From: Minisyncoccota bacterium
GTDB lineage: Bacteria > Patescibacteriota > Minisyncoccia > Moranbacterales > UBA2206
Assembly: GCA_031291955.1 (NCBI GenBank)
Contig: JARLIA010000001.1
Location: 5,300 to 69,299, forward strand
Direction: 5' to 3'
DNA: 64,000 bases
Shown: positions 55,581-64,000 of the stretch, one piece after another
Position numbering within the stretch: position 1 is the stretch's first letter
Layout of the letters: the number at the start of each line of letters is the position of its first letter
Notes under the pieces: model-generated
The model's input: the letters and a program-made list of their open reading frames with translations, nothing else
The model's database searches: none
Told to the model about the DNA's origin: nothing
Position numbers and translations under genes: made by a program

Positions 55581-57158
55581 ATGTTAAATGTCAATCATTT
55601 AAATAGACCAAAAACTTATTTGCTGATCGCCAATGTCCTTTTGGTTTTCTTTTTGATATTGCTCGGAAATTTTAAGGTCGTTCCTTTGGACACAGGCGAT
55701 TTTGTTTTTTTCGCTCTTTTGGTTTTTATGCTGGCCATCTACCGGTCAGGCTGGGCGTTTTTGATTTTTGTCGGACTCATTCCCTTGGAAAATATCAACC
55801 TCGCACCGGCCGAGCTGGAAATGACAATCCGGCCGTACCAATTTCTGGGCACCTTTATCATCGCAGCGCTTTTGGTGAGATTTTTCACCAAAAGATTAAA
55901 TTTTATCCCGGCCAAATTGAAATTGCCGGACTATTTGGTGATTGTTATGACGCTCGCCGGATTTCTGAGTGTGGTCACCGCGCCGAACAAATTAGCCTCC
56001 CTAAAACTGGCCGTAATATTTGCCAGCTTCGCTTTTTTATATTTCCTGGTCCGGAATTTTATCCAAAACACCGACGATCTCAAAAAAATAATCCCATTCT
56101 TTTTGAGTTCGTCAGCCGTCGTTATTTTTTACGGCATCTGGCAGAACTGGGCATACCTCCATGGCCGCAATTTTTTCGAAGCCATGCCCGGCCGCCCGAA
56201 CGGAACTTTCACTGAAGCGGATTGGCTGGGAATGTTCATCGTATTAGTTATTTCTGCTACGTATTGCATAATTCAATATTTATCGCAAAATATTTTTTCT
56301 AATAAAGCTAGTCAAATTTTCAATTTTCAATTTTCAATTTCTAAATTTTTAAATTATCTTCTGCTCGTTATTTCATTCATTCTCCTCATCCTCACCGTGT
56401 CGCGCAGTGCCTGGCTGGCGGCGCTTTTCGCGACATTGATGTTTTTGTTTATTTTTTTAACCGATCTGCGCTTTCGGAATTGGCAATGGAGAAACACGGC
56501 ATTTTCCGGCTTGAAAATACTGGCGTCACTAGTCATCGCTCTCGGCGCAATTTATATTTTTCATCTGACCAACTTCCAACTAGGAAGTCGCGCGACGAGC
56601 GCCGGCACCGGACTCCAGCAGATTACCATCGCTTGCGAAAAAAATGTCAATTTACCGGAAAAAATAAACGATAATTCCGAACTGGAAAAATATGATTGCC
56701 AACAGATCAATTTGCAAGACATCGCGGCCGATAAAGTCCAGGGGAAATATGTCACTACGATTTATCGCAACGACCCGAACATCGCCACCCGCAGCGTCAT
56801 TTATCAAAAGTCTTGGCAACAGATAAAAAATAATCCCATCTTGGGAATTGGGTGGGGGAATATCAGCCAAATTTTGGGCACGGACGCCCGCGGCGTACCC
56901 TTAAATTCGTCTAATATTTTTTTGGAAACCTGGCTCGGCGCCGGCCTTGCAGGATTTCTGGCGTTGGTGATTCTTTTGGGCTATATTTTATTCACTGCTG
57001 TCAAAAATTATTTTTATACTCAAGATGATTTACAAAAAACGACGAGTCTTTTCATAATAATCAGCTGGTTCGGATTGATTATTGCCAACCTTTTTAACGC
57101 CGGAATATTCCTAGGGATATTTTGGGTCTGGCTGGCCATTGCGCAGGTAAGTAATTAA
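55581..57158 (+). CDS. O-antigen ligase / Wzy_C family membrane protein
   Basis: RPNGTF.E, LTVSRSAWL, R..IY...W..IK.NPILGIGWGN. Confidence 0.85.
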   Translation: MLNVNHLNRPKTYLLIANVLLVFFLILLGNFKVVPLDTGDFVFFALLVFMLAIYRSGWAFLIFVGLIPLENINLAPAELEMTIRPYQFLGTFIIAALLVRFFTKRLNFIPAKLKLPDYLVIVMTLAGFLSVVTAPNKLASLKLAVIFASFAFLYFLVRNFIQNTDDLKKIIPFFLSSSAVVIFYGIWQNWAYLHGRNFFEAMPGRPNGTFTEADWLGMFIVLVISATYCIIQYLSQNIFSNKASQIFNFQFSISKFLNYLLLVISFILLILTVSRSAWLAALFATLMFLFIFLTDLRFRNWQWRNTAFSGLKILASLVIALGAIYIFHLTNFQLGSRATSAGTGLQQITIACEKNVNLPEKINDNSELEKYDCQQINLQDIAADKVQGKYVTTIYRNDPNIATRSVIYQKSWQQIKNNPILGIGWGNISQILGTDARGVPLNSSNIFLETWLGAGLAGFLALVILLGYILFTAVKNYFYTQDDLQKTTSLFIIISWFGLIIANLFNAGIFLGIFWVWLAIAQVSN

Positions 57159-57197
57159 TTACGTAATTAATTACGTACATCGTCACATGATAAAAAT

Positions 57198-58343
57198 ATG
57201 ATTATCGGCATCGACATTAGAAATATCGGAAAAAAACGGACCGGCGACGAAGCGGTGTTTTTCAACCTGGTCAAAAACCTGGCCGCCATTGACGATAAAA
57301 ATGAATATCATCTATTCACCGACATCGCCAACACTCCAATATTACATAATATTGGAGTGGAGTTGGGCCTGACCGAAAAAGATAATTTCAAAATCATCAC
57401 GCTCCCAACCGCCAACAAATTCAGTTGGAATTTCTGGACTCTGCCGAAATATTTAAGAAAGAATCCAGTCGATATTTATCTGACCCAATACATCACGCCG
57501 TGGTTCGTGCCGAAAAAAATAAAAATAGTGACCATAATTCACGACGTTTCTTTCAAGGTTTACAAGCAATTCATCAAAAAGTCGGATCTTTTTTTCCTGA
57601 ATTGCCTGATTCCGCGCTCAATCAAACGCGCGGACAAAGTTGTCGGGGTTTCGAAATTTACAAGAAATGAAATCATCAAATATTATAAAACCGATCCGGC
57701 CAAAGTGGATTTTATTTACAATGCCGTTGCGGATGATTTTTCGGCTGAAGATACGTCGGAAGAAAAAATAAAATCTGTCAAAGAAAAATATCATCTCCCG
57801 GAAAAATACATCCTCTACATCGGCACGCTCCAGCCGCGAAAAAACATCTCGACTCTCGTCGAAGCCTTCGCGCTTTTGAAAATGGGCGGGAAATTCGATT
57901 CTTTGAAGTTGGTGATTGCGGGCGGCAAGGGTCACAATTATGACAAAAAAATCGACACGGCCGTTGCAAATAATAAATTGGAGCAGGACGTAATTTTCCC
58001 GGGTTTTGTCGCTGAAGAAGACAAGGCGGCGTTGATGGCGGCAGCGGATATTTTCTGTTTCCCGTCGTTCTATGAAGGATTCGGCATTCCGATCCTGGAA
58101 GCTATGAGCGTCGGCACGCCGGTTGCGGCGTCCGACATCGCCCCGCACCGGGAAATCGCCGACGAAGCGGCTCTCTTTTTCAATCCGGACGTGGCCGGTG
58201 AAATAACTCAAAAACTGACAGAGATCTTAAAAAACAACACTCTTCACAACAACCTCACAATAAAAGGCCACGCCCAAGTCCCAAAATTCTCCTGGCGGCA
58301 AACCGCCGAAAAAATGTTGAATATTTTTGAAAGTTTAAAATAG
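57198..58343 (+). CDS. Glycosyltransferase family 4
   Basis: IHDVSF, GTLQPRKN, YEGFGIPILEAM. Confidence 0.93.
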   Translation: MIIGIDIRNIGKKRTGDEAVFFNLVKNLAAIDDKNEYHLFTDIANTPILHNIGVELGLTEKDNFKIITLPTANKFSWNFWTLPKYLRKNPVDIYLTQYITPWFVPKKIKIVTIIHDVSFKVYKQFIKKSDLFFLNCLIPRSIKRADKVVGVSKFTRNEIIKYYKTDPAKVDFIYNAVADDFSAEDTSEEKIKSVKEKYHLPEKYILYIGTLQPRKNISTLVEAFALLKMGGKFDSLKLVIAGGKGHNYDKKIDTAVANNKLEQDVIFPGFVAEEDKAALMAAADIFCFPSFYEGFGIPILEAMSVGTPVAASDIAPHREIADEAALFFNPDVAGEITQKLTEILKNNTLHNNLTIKGHAQVPKFSWRQTAEKMLNIFESLK

Positions 58344-58344
58344 A

Positions 58345-58479
58345 TTGACAATCCACGACCGGAAGTATAAAATTTTTTCCTTGCAACCTTTTCTCCTGAC
58401 GCGTCGTATATAAGTTATGCCTAAATTCGACCGACATGGCGACATAAGCGATTGACAATAAGCAGCCTTCGGCTACAAT
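58345..58479 (+). promoter_or_regulatory. Tandem sigma70 promoters upstream of the LCP gene
   Basis: TTGACA-17-TAAAAT (58345-58373) and TTGACA-16-TACAAT (58452-58479). Confidence 0.6.
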
Positions 58480-58586
58480 ACAACTATTGCCAAATCATTC
58501 TATTTATATTATCATTAATCAATCTAAAATTTAATCAAACTTAAAAATTAAAAAAGAGAGCCTTCTTAAGACTCTCACTATTTTTT

Positions 58587-59948
58587 ATGTCGTACTTAGG
58601 AAAAGGGTCGCGCAGTAATTCTTTCGAAAGAAGTTCGAGCACTCAGAAAAAATTCTGGAAAAAACGCTGGTTCAAAATCGCGGCTCCGATTATTTTGCTA
58701 ATTCTTATCGTTGGTACAGCCTTTGCCTGGAAAACCAACTCATTTTTGAACAAAATCTCCAGTGGCGGTCTTCTGGCGGCCGTGGTCCACAGTTTGCCGG
58801 GTGCTGACAATAATCTAAAAGGTCAAAAAGAAGGCCGTATCAATATCGTAGTCATGGGCATGCGCGGAGCCAGTGATCCAAACGGCGGAACATTGGCTGA
58901 TTCTATCGAAGTGGTCAGCGTTGATCCGCAAGCCAACAAAGTTTCAATGATCTCTTTGCCGCGTGATCTTTATGTCGACAACCCGGCCACCGGCAACCAG
59001 ACCAAGTTGAATGCTGTTTATGCCTACGGAGAACAAAAGGGCAAAGGCCAAGGAATTAAATATATGGAACAGGAAGTCCAAACCATCACTAGTCAGCCGA
59101 TCCAATACGGCGTAGTCGTAAATTACACTGCTTTCCAAAAAATCATCGATACCATCGGCGGCGTTCAAATCATCCTGGACAAACCTTTTGAAGAAGCTGT
59201 TCAGTTTGATCAGCCGCATCCCTGTGATTCTTTCTTTTCCGTCCCGACCGGCCAAACCCAGATCAAGACCAAAAAATATTTCAGCAAAGAAACCAACATG
59301 TATAAAACCCGGGCGGTAGCCAGTTATCCGATGTGCACGGCGCCAAAAGACACCCTGGAATGCGGCGGCGATTTCAAGCTGCCGGCCGGCACCCAAACCT
59401 TAAACACCCAGCAAACTCTTTGTTATGTCCGCGCGCGGGAAACTTCCAATGATTTTGCTCGAGCGGGCCGCCAGCAACAAGTGATCCAAGGAATAAAGAA
59501 CAAACTCTTGACCCTGGGAACACTTACTGATTTTTCCAAAGTTAATGGCATCATCGATGGCCTGGGTGACAATATCCAGACCGATATGCAATCCTGGGAA
59601 ATCCAAAGTTTCTTCAACCTCTATTCCCAAATGAAAGGCTACACTTTGTATGCTCGTGTCGTCGACGCCAGTAATGATCCGAACATCGGATTGGTAGTGG
59701 GAAAGAGTGGTACACCAGCTGGTGACATTCTGCTGCCCAAAACCGGGAACTACGATCAATTCAAAACGCTTTTCTCCAACATCTTTACAATGAGTCCGCA
59801 GGAAAAAGAAAATCCGGGTGACGCAAGTTCATCCGGCGCCAATATGCCAGCTTCGCCGCAAACAGCGTCTCCCGCTTCCTCCACAGTAACCCCAGGCGCA
59901 ACGTCTTCAACTTCAACAACCCCCGCCTCAGCGACAACTTCAAATTAA
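58587..59948 (+). CDS. LCP (LytR-CpsA-Psr) family glycopolymer transferase
   Basis: RINIVVMG, LADSI, ISLPRDL, KLNAVY, YVRARE..DFARAGRQQ. Confidence 0.9.
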   Translation: MSYLGKGSRSNSFERSSSTQKKFWKKRWFKIAAPIILLILIVGTAFAWKTNSFLNKISSGGLLAAVVHSLPGADNNLKGQKEGRINIVVMGMRGASDPNGGTLADSIEVVSVDPQANKVSMISLPRDLYVDNPATGNQTKLNAVYAYGEQKGKGQGIKYMEQEVQTITSQPIQYGVVVNYTAFQKIIDTIGGVQIILDKPFEEAVQFDQPHPCDSFFSVPTGQTQIKTKKYFSKETNMYKTRAVASYPMCTAPKDTLECGGDFKLPAGTQTLNTQQTLCYVRARETSNDFARAGRQQQVIQGIKNKLLTLGTLTDFSKVNGIIDGLGDNIQTDMQSWEIQSFFNLYSQMKGYTLYARVVDASNDPNIGLVVGKSGTPAGDILLPKTGNYDQFKTLFSNIFTMSPQEKENPGDASSSGANMPASPQTASPASSTVTPGATSSTSTTPASATTSN

Positions 59949-59998
59949 GCCCGGTTTTGAGTGTCTGATGCAGGAGAATAAAAAAACATTCTTGATCT

Positions 59999-61333
59999 AT
60001 GACAGAAGAAAATTTTTCTAACAACCAGGAAGAAAAAAATAAGGAGACTGAAAACAGGAAGCCTGATTTAAGCGACATCGAACAGGAAAATTTGGAAAAA
60101 AACCGGAAACTCTTCAAGAAGTACGTGATATTTTTTGCGGTTATTATTTTGGTAGTCAGTAGTTTCTATTTCGGCTATAATCGGGGACGCGGAAGCGTCA
60201 CTCCGCCATCTTCAAACATCCCGCTTGACCAATCGGTGCTAACCAATAAAAACTCGCCCACTAACGACCAGGTGGATTTTTCGTTGTTTTGGAAAGTTTG
60301 GGACCTACTAAAAGAAAAACACGTCGACAAAGACAAGCTCAATGCCCAACAATTAGTTTACGGCGCCATCAATGGCATGTTGGCCGCCACCAATGATCCT
60401 TACACAGAATTTTTCGACCCGGAGCAGAACAAGGAATTTTCCCAGGACATCGGCGGCAGTTTTGAGGGTATCGGCGCCGAGCTTGGCGTAAAAGACAAAA
60501 TCCTGACCGTCATCGCTCCCTTGGACGGTTCGCCAGCCCAAAAGGCCGGCCTTCGCTCTGGAGACAAGATTTTGAAAGTCAATGGTCAGTCAATCTCCAA
60601 TATGTCGATCGACCAGGCTGTGAATCTCATTCGCGGTCCGAAAGGGTCAAAAGTGACGTTGACTATTTTCCGCGAAGGCGACCAAAACACCCAGGATATT
60701 GCCATCACCCGCGATACAATCGAAGTCAAAAGCGTTAATTTAAGTTTCAAGGACAACGGCATTGCTTATTTGCAAATAACACAATTTTCCAGCAACACTT
60801 CCCAGGAATTCGACGATGCTATGAATCAAATCATTGCTCATCAGTCCAAGGGCATTATTTTAGACTTGCGCGATGATCCGGGTGGATTGCTCGACCAAGC
60901 GGTTGATGTAGCTGATCGTTTGATTTCCAAAGGCCAAATTGTTGTCACTGAAAAAGACAGCGCCGGCAAAGAGGACAGCACTTACACCACTGGCGGTGAC
61001 AAGTTAAGTTCCTTGCCGCTGGTTGTCCTCATCAACCAAGGCAGTGCCAGTGCCTCGGAAATCCTCTCGGGAGCCTTGAAAGACGATCGGAACATTACTC
61101 TCGTGGGGCAAACCTCTTTCGGCAAAGGTTGCGTCCAGGAATTTCTTGATCTGCCCGGCGGATCAAGCGTGAAAATAACGGTCGCCAATTGGCTAACTCC
61201 GCACGGCGATTACATCATGAATAAAGGCATCACCCCGACCATCAAGGTGGATATGACGGCCGACGATACCAAGAATAACAAAGACCCACAATTAGACAAA
61301 GCAATGCAAGTATTGGAAAGCCAAATTAAGTAA
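59999..61333 (+). CDS. ctpA: Carboxy-terminal processing protease (S41A)
   Basis: FEGIGA PDZ, LDLRDDPGGLL, SASASEI, SFGKG.VQ. Confidence 0.93.
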   Translation: MTEENFSNNQEEKNKETENRKPDLSDIEQENLEKNRKLFKKYVIFFAVIILVVSSFYFGYNRGRGSVTPPSSNIPLDQSVLTNKNSPTNDQVDFSLFWKVWDLLKEKHVDKDKLNAQQLVYGAINGMLAATNDPYTEFFDPEQNKEFSQDIGGSFEGIGAELGVKDKILTVIAPLDGSPAQKAGLRSGDKILKVNGQSISNMSIDQAVNLIRGPKGSKVTLTIFREGDQNTQDIAITRDTIEVKSVNLSFKDNGIAYLQITQFSSNTSQEFDDAMNQIIAHQSKGIILDLRDDPGGLLDQAVDVADRLISKGQIVVTEKDSAGKEDSTYTTGGDKLSSLPLVVLINQGSASASEILSGALKDDRNITLVGQTSFGKGCVQEFLDLPGGSSVKITVANWLTPHGDYIMNKGITPTIKVDMTADDTKNNKDPQLDKAMQVLESQIK

Positions 61334-61354
61334 CTTAAGAAACTTGAGAATTTT

Positions 61355-61798
61355 ATGAAAGTAATCTTACTTCAAGACATAAAAAGTTTGGGAAAGAAAA
61401 ATGACATCAAAGACGTCTCCGATGGTTATGCTCGGAATTTTTTGCTGGCCAAGAAGCTTGCCGCGATTGCCACTGAAACGGCCATAGCCGAAGCGGAAGC
61501 GAAAAAAGCCGAGGAGAAAAAAGCCGACGAAGCCAATCTTCAAAATCTCCGCGAACTCGCCGGAAAGCTTAAAGACAAAAAAATAACCTTGAAATCCAAG
61601 GCAAAGGGCGGCAAATTGTTCGGATCGATTTCAGCCAAGGATGTCGCCGCGGAACTGCAAAAAGAAAATTTGGCAGTTCCCGAGAAAAGTATTATACTGA
61701 ATGAGGCAATCAAGAAAATCGGTAACTACCAAATCAAGATCAAGTTGACTGAACAGGTCGAAACGAATATAAAATTAGAAATCGTCGGAGATAAATAA
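61355..61798 (+). CDS. rplI: 50S ribosomal protein L9
   Basis: MKVILLQD...LGK, GYARNFL, GKLFGSI. Confidence 0.98.
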   Translation: MKVILLQDIKSLGKKNDIKDVSDGYARNFLLAKKLAAIATETAIAEAEAKKAEEKKADEANLQNLRELAGKLKDKKITLKSKAKGGKLFGSISAKDVAAELQKENLAVPEKSIILNEAIKKIGNYQIKIKLTEQVETNIKLEIVGDK

Positions 61799-61861
61799 TT
61801 GATCTTATACATATAATTTTTTAAAAAGTCGCGGGGGAAGCGGCTTTTTATCTATAAAAAT

Positions 61862-63502
61862 ATGAAAAACAACCGAAAGTACATCTTTGTAGTCGGAGGA
61901 GTGATGAGCGGAGTAGGAAAAGGAATAACTACTTCTTCCATCGGAGCCATTCTGCAAGCGCGCGGATATAACATCACAGCACTCAAGATCGACCCTTACA
62001 TCAATGTCGACGCCGGCACAATGAACCCGACCGAACACGGAGAAACTTTCGTGCTTGATTCGGGACTGGAAACTGATCAAGATATGGGCAACTACGAGCG
62101 TTTCATGAACATCACCTTGCCTTCGGAAAACTATATGACGACCGGTTCCGTCTATGAAACGGTCATTCACAAGGAAAGAAATCTGGAGTATGGCGGCCGT
62201 TGCGTGGAGGTGGTGCCGCATATTCCCATGGAAGTGATTGAACGGATCGAAAAAGCTTCTGCGAAAGCCAAGTCGGACATTACTTTGATTGAAATCGGCG
62301 GCACAGTAGGGGAATACCAAAACATCCTTTTTCTGGAAGCGGCCCGGATGATGAAGATAAAACACCCGGAAGACGTGCTGTTTGTAATGGTGAGCTATCT
62401 TCCCATTCCATCGAAAGTTGGCGAGATGAAAACCAAGCCGACGCAATATGCCGTCCGCACTTTGAATAGTGCCGGGATCCTGCCGGACGTTATCGTCGCT
62501 CGCAGCGAAACTTTCATCGACAAAAAACGGAAAGAGAAAATTGCCATGTTTTGCAATATTCCGGAGCGCTATGTCATTTCCGCTCCGGATGTGGACAGCA
62601 TTTATGAAGTGCTGATCAACTTCGAGCGCGATGATTTGAGCCGCTTGATCTTGAAAAAACTGGGCCTGCCTTATGGAAAAACCGATCTCAAAAAGTGGTA
62701 CGACTTGGTGGAAAAAATCAAACATCCGAAAAGTAAAGTGAAAATCGGCGTGGTCGGAAAATATTTCGGCACCGGCGATTTCGTTCTCTCCGATGCCTAC
62801 ATTTCAGTGCTCGAAGCCATCAAGCACGCGGCTTACAAGCTCAACTTGAAACCGGAAATCAGCTGGATCAACAGCGAGGTGTTTGAGAAAGAACCGGAAA
62901 AACTCGAGGGTCTAAAAAATTTCGACGGCGTCATCATCCCGGGCGGTTTCGGTTCACGCGGCATCGAAGGCAAGATCAAAGCCATCCAGTTTTTGCGGGA
63001 GAATAAAATTCCGTTCTTGGGTTTGTGTTACGGCATGCAGTTGGCCGTTATTGAATATGCCCGGCATATTTTAGGCTACGCCGACGCCAACACGACCGAA
63101 ATCGACCGCGACACCGCGCATCCGGTCATCGACATTATGCCGGAACAGAAGAAGAATCTGGAGGATTCCAATTATGGCGCTACGATGCGGCTGGGCGCTT
63201 ATCCAGCCATTTTGAAAAAAGGCACCGTCGCTTTCGGCGCTTACAAAAAAGCCAAGATTTCCGAACGCCATCGTCACCGCTGGGAAGTCAACCCGGAATA
63301 TATTGATCAACTGGAAAAAGCTGGTTTAGTTTTCTCCGGCGTTTCGCCCGACAGCAAGCTAATGGAAATTACCGAACTGCCGAAAGCCATCCACCCGTTC
63401 TTCCTCGGCACCCAATTCCACCCCGAACTCAAATCCAGCCCGCTCGATTCCCAGCCGTTGTTTTTGGAATTTGTGAAGACGGCGGCGGGAAATAAAAAAT
63501 AA
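61862..63502 (+). CDS. pyrG: CTP synthase
   Basis: KYIFVVGGVMSGVGKG, DPYINVDAGTMNP, GLCYGMQ, QFHPE. Confidence 0.99.
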   Translation: MKNNRKYIFVVGGVMSGVGKGITTSSIGAILQARGYNITALKIDPYINVDAGTMNPTEHGETFVLDSGLETDQDMGNYERFMNITLPSENYMTTGSVYETVIHKERNLEYGGRCVEVVPHIPMEVIERIEKASAKAKSDITLIEIGGTVGEYQNILFLEAARMMKIKHPEDVLFVMVSYLPIPSKVGEMKTKPTQYAVRTLNSAGILPDVIVARSETFIDKKRKEKIAMFCNIPERYVISAPDVDSIYEVLINFERDDLSRLILKKLGLPYGKTDLKKWYDLVEKIKHPKSKVKIGVVGKYFGTGDFVLSDAYISVLEAIKHAAYKLNLKPEISWINSEVFEKEPEKLEGLKNFDGVIIPGGFGSRGIEGKIKAIQFLRENKIPFLGLCYGMQLAVIEYARHILGYADANTTEIDRDTAHPVIDIMPEQKKNLEDSNYGATMRLGAYPAILKKGTVAFGAYKKAKISERHRHRWEVNPEYIDQLEKAGLVFSGVSPDSKLMEITELPKAIHPFFLGTQFHPELKSSPLDSQPLFLEFVKTAAGNKK

Positions 63503-63519
63503 ACTTTCTTAATAGAAAC

Positions 63520-63552
63520 AAAAAAGCGACCTGATTAAGGATCGCTTTTTTA
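63520..63552. terminator. Bidirectional terminator between convergent genes
   Basis: AAAAAAGCGA...TCGCTTTTTT. Confidence 0.65.
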
Positions 63553-63574
63553 TTATTCTAAAGCATTTCTTTTT

Positions 63575-64000
63575 TTATAAAAAAGGCTTGAACACTCCGT
63601 CTTTATAATTCAGCGCCGCTACGGCTGCCTGGTTGTTGCAGCGGGTCATGAAACCGGTCACTGTCACTTCGATCGGATTTTTTTCGGAAGAAGCTGTCAG
63701 TTTATTTTGGAGGTCAGGAGTTATGTCTGCCAACTGAAACTCGGTATTTTTGTCAGTCGGCAATTTCGCAAGATCCGCCGGCGCCACTTCAATTATATTA
63801 TCGCCGTCTTTTTGAGTCTGCCAAACATGAACATCCGCCTCGCCTTGGTAAGTGTGCGCTGAACAAGGGCTGAAATTTTGATTTTTCGCCACCGCAATAT
63901 TGGCTGTCGGGTAATCCTCGCTTTGGACCGAGTTTCCTTGGATCCAAACGTAAGCACCCAATGCCATCGCCACAACCAAAACGATTGCTATCGCCAGGTT
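63575..64000 (-). CDS. Hypothetical membrane-anchored exported protein (5' end outside window)
   Basis: Frame open to the window edge (NLAIAIVLVVAM...); TM plus two Cys. Confidence 0.65.
   Translation of the reverse strand, partial: NLAIAIVLVVAMALGAYVWIQGNSVQSEDYPTANIAVAKNQNFSPCSAHTYQGEADVHVWQTQKDGDNIIEVAPADLAKLPTDKNTEFQLADITPDLQNKLTASSEKNPIEVTVTGFMTRCNNQAAVAALNYKDGVFKPFL

Noticed and set aside
1-64000. Numerous 60-300 aa antisense or alternate-frame ORFs (for example 61805-62725, 44441-45250, 41135-41941, 32265-32627)
   Set aside because: They overlap well-supported genes on the other strand or frame and have no recognisable motifs; they are shadow ORFs.
1-64000. CRISPR array, tRNA, rRNA, prophage, integron, reverse transcriptase/DGR
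   Set aside because: No repeat-spacer periodicity, cloverleaf, rRNA signature, integrase or RT motifs were seen by eye; a tool scan could still find something subtle.
1-64000. TGA-to-Gly recoding (code 25)
   Set aside because: secA and other genes end at TGA at their expected C-termini, and long genes are uninterrupted under code 11.

Overview
A 64-kb bacterial chromosomal segment using the standard genetic code. Gene content and style suggest Patescibacteria/CPR, probably Parcubacteria (inference: compact housekeeping genes, few Shine-Dalgarno motifs, DUF4012, LCP, many small exported proteins). Housekeeping genes include the murB end, hpf, secA, secD, secF, pheS, pheT, valS, rnpB, murJ, lepA, a divIC-like gene, a prsA-like gene, ferredoxin, htrA, clpB, ctpA, rplI and pyrG. 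About half of the window is cell-surface glycan biosynthesis. The main finding is a tightly packed minus-strand glycan operon (42070-53736). In it, a divergent RtcB-family ligase keeps its metal and nucleotidylation residues but has altered several basic motif residues. It is coupled to a thymidylate-kinase-like P-loop kinase, a GT4 and a Wzx flippase, suggesting an undescribed phosphodiester-forming glycan modification system. Other highlights: SecD with an inserted, apparently circularly permuted parvulin domain; a 7-bladed beta-propeller surface protein inserted at the valS start behind a poly-G promoter spacer; palindromic REP-like elements translated in frame inside pheT, secA, valS, the flippase and a RAYT transposase; a catalytically dead HtrA paralog; and several apparently leaderless genes. 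All family assignments come from motif recognition by eye, not database searches.
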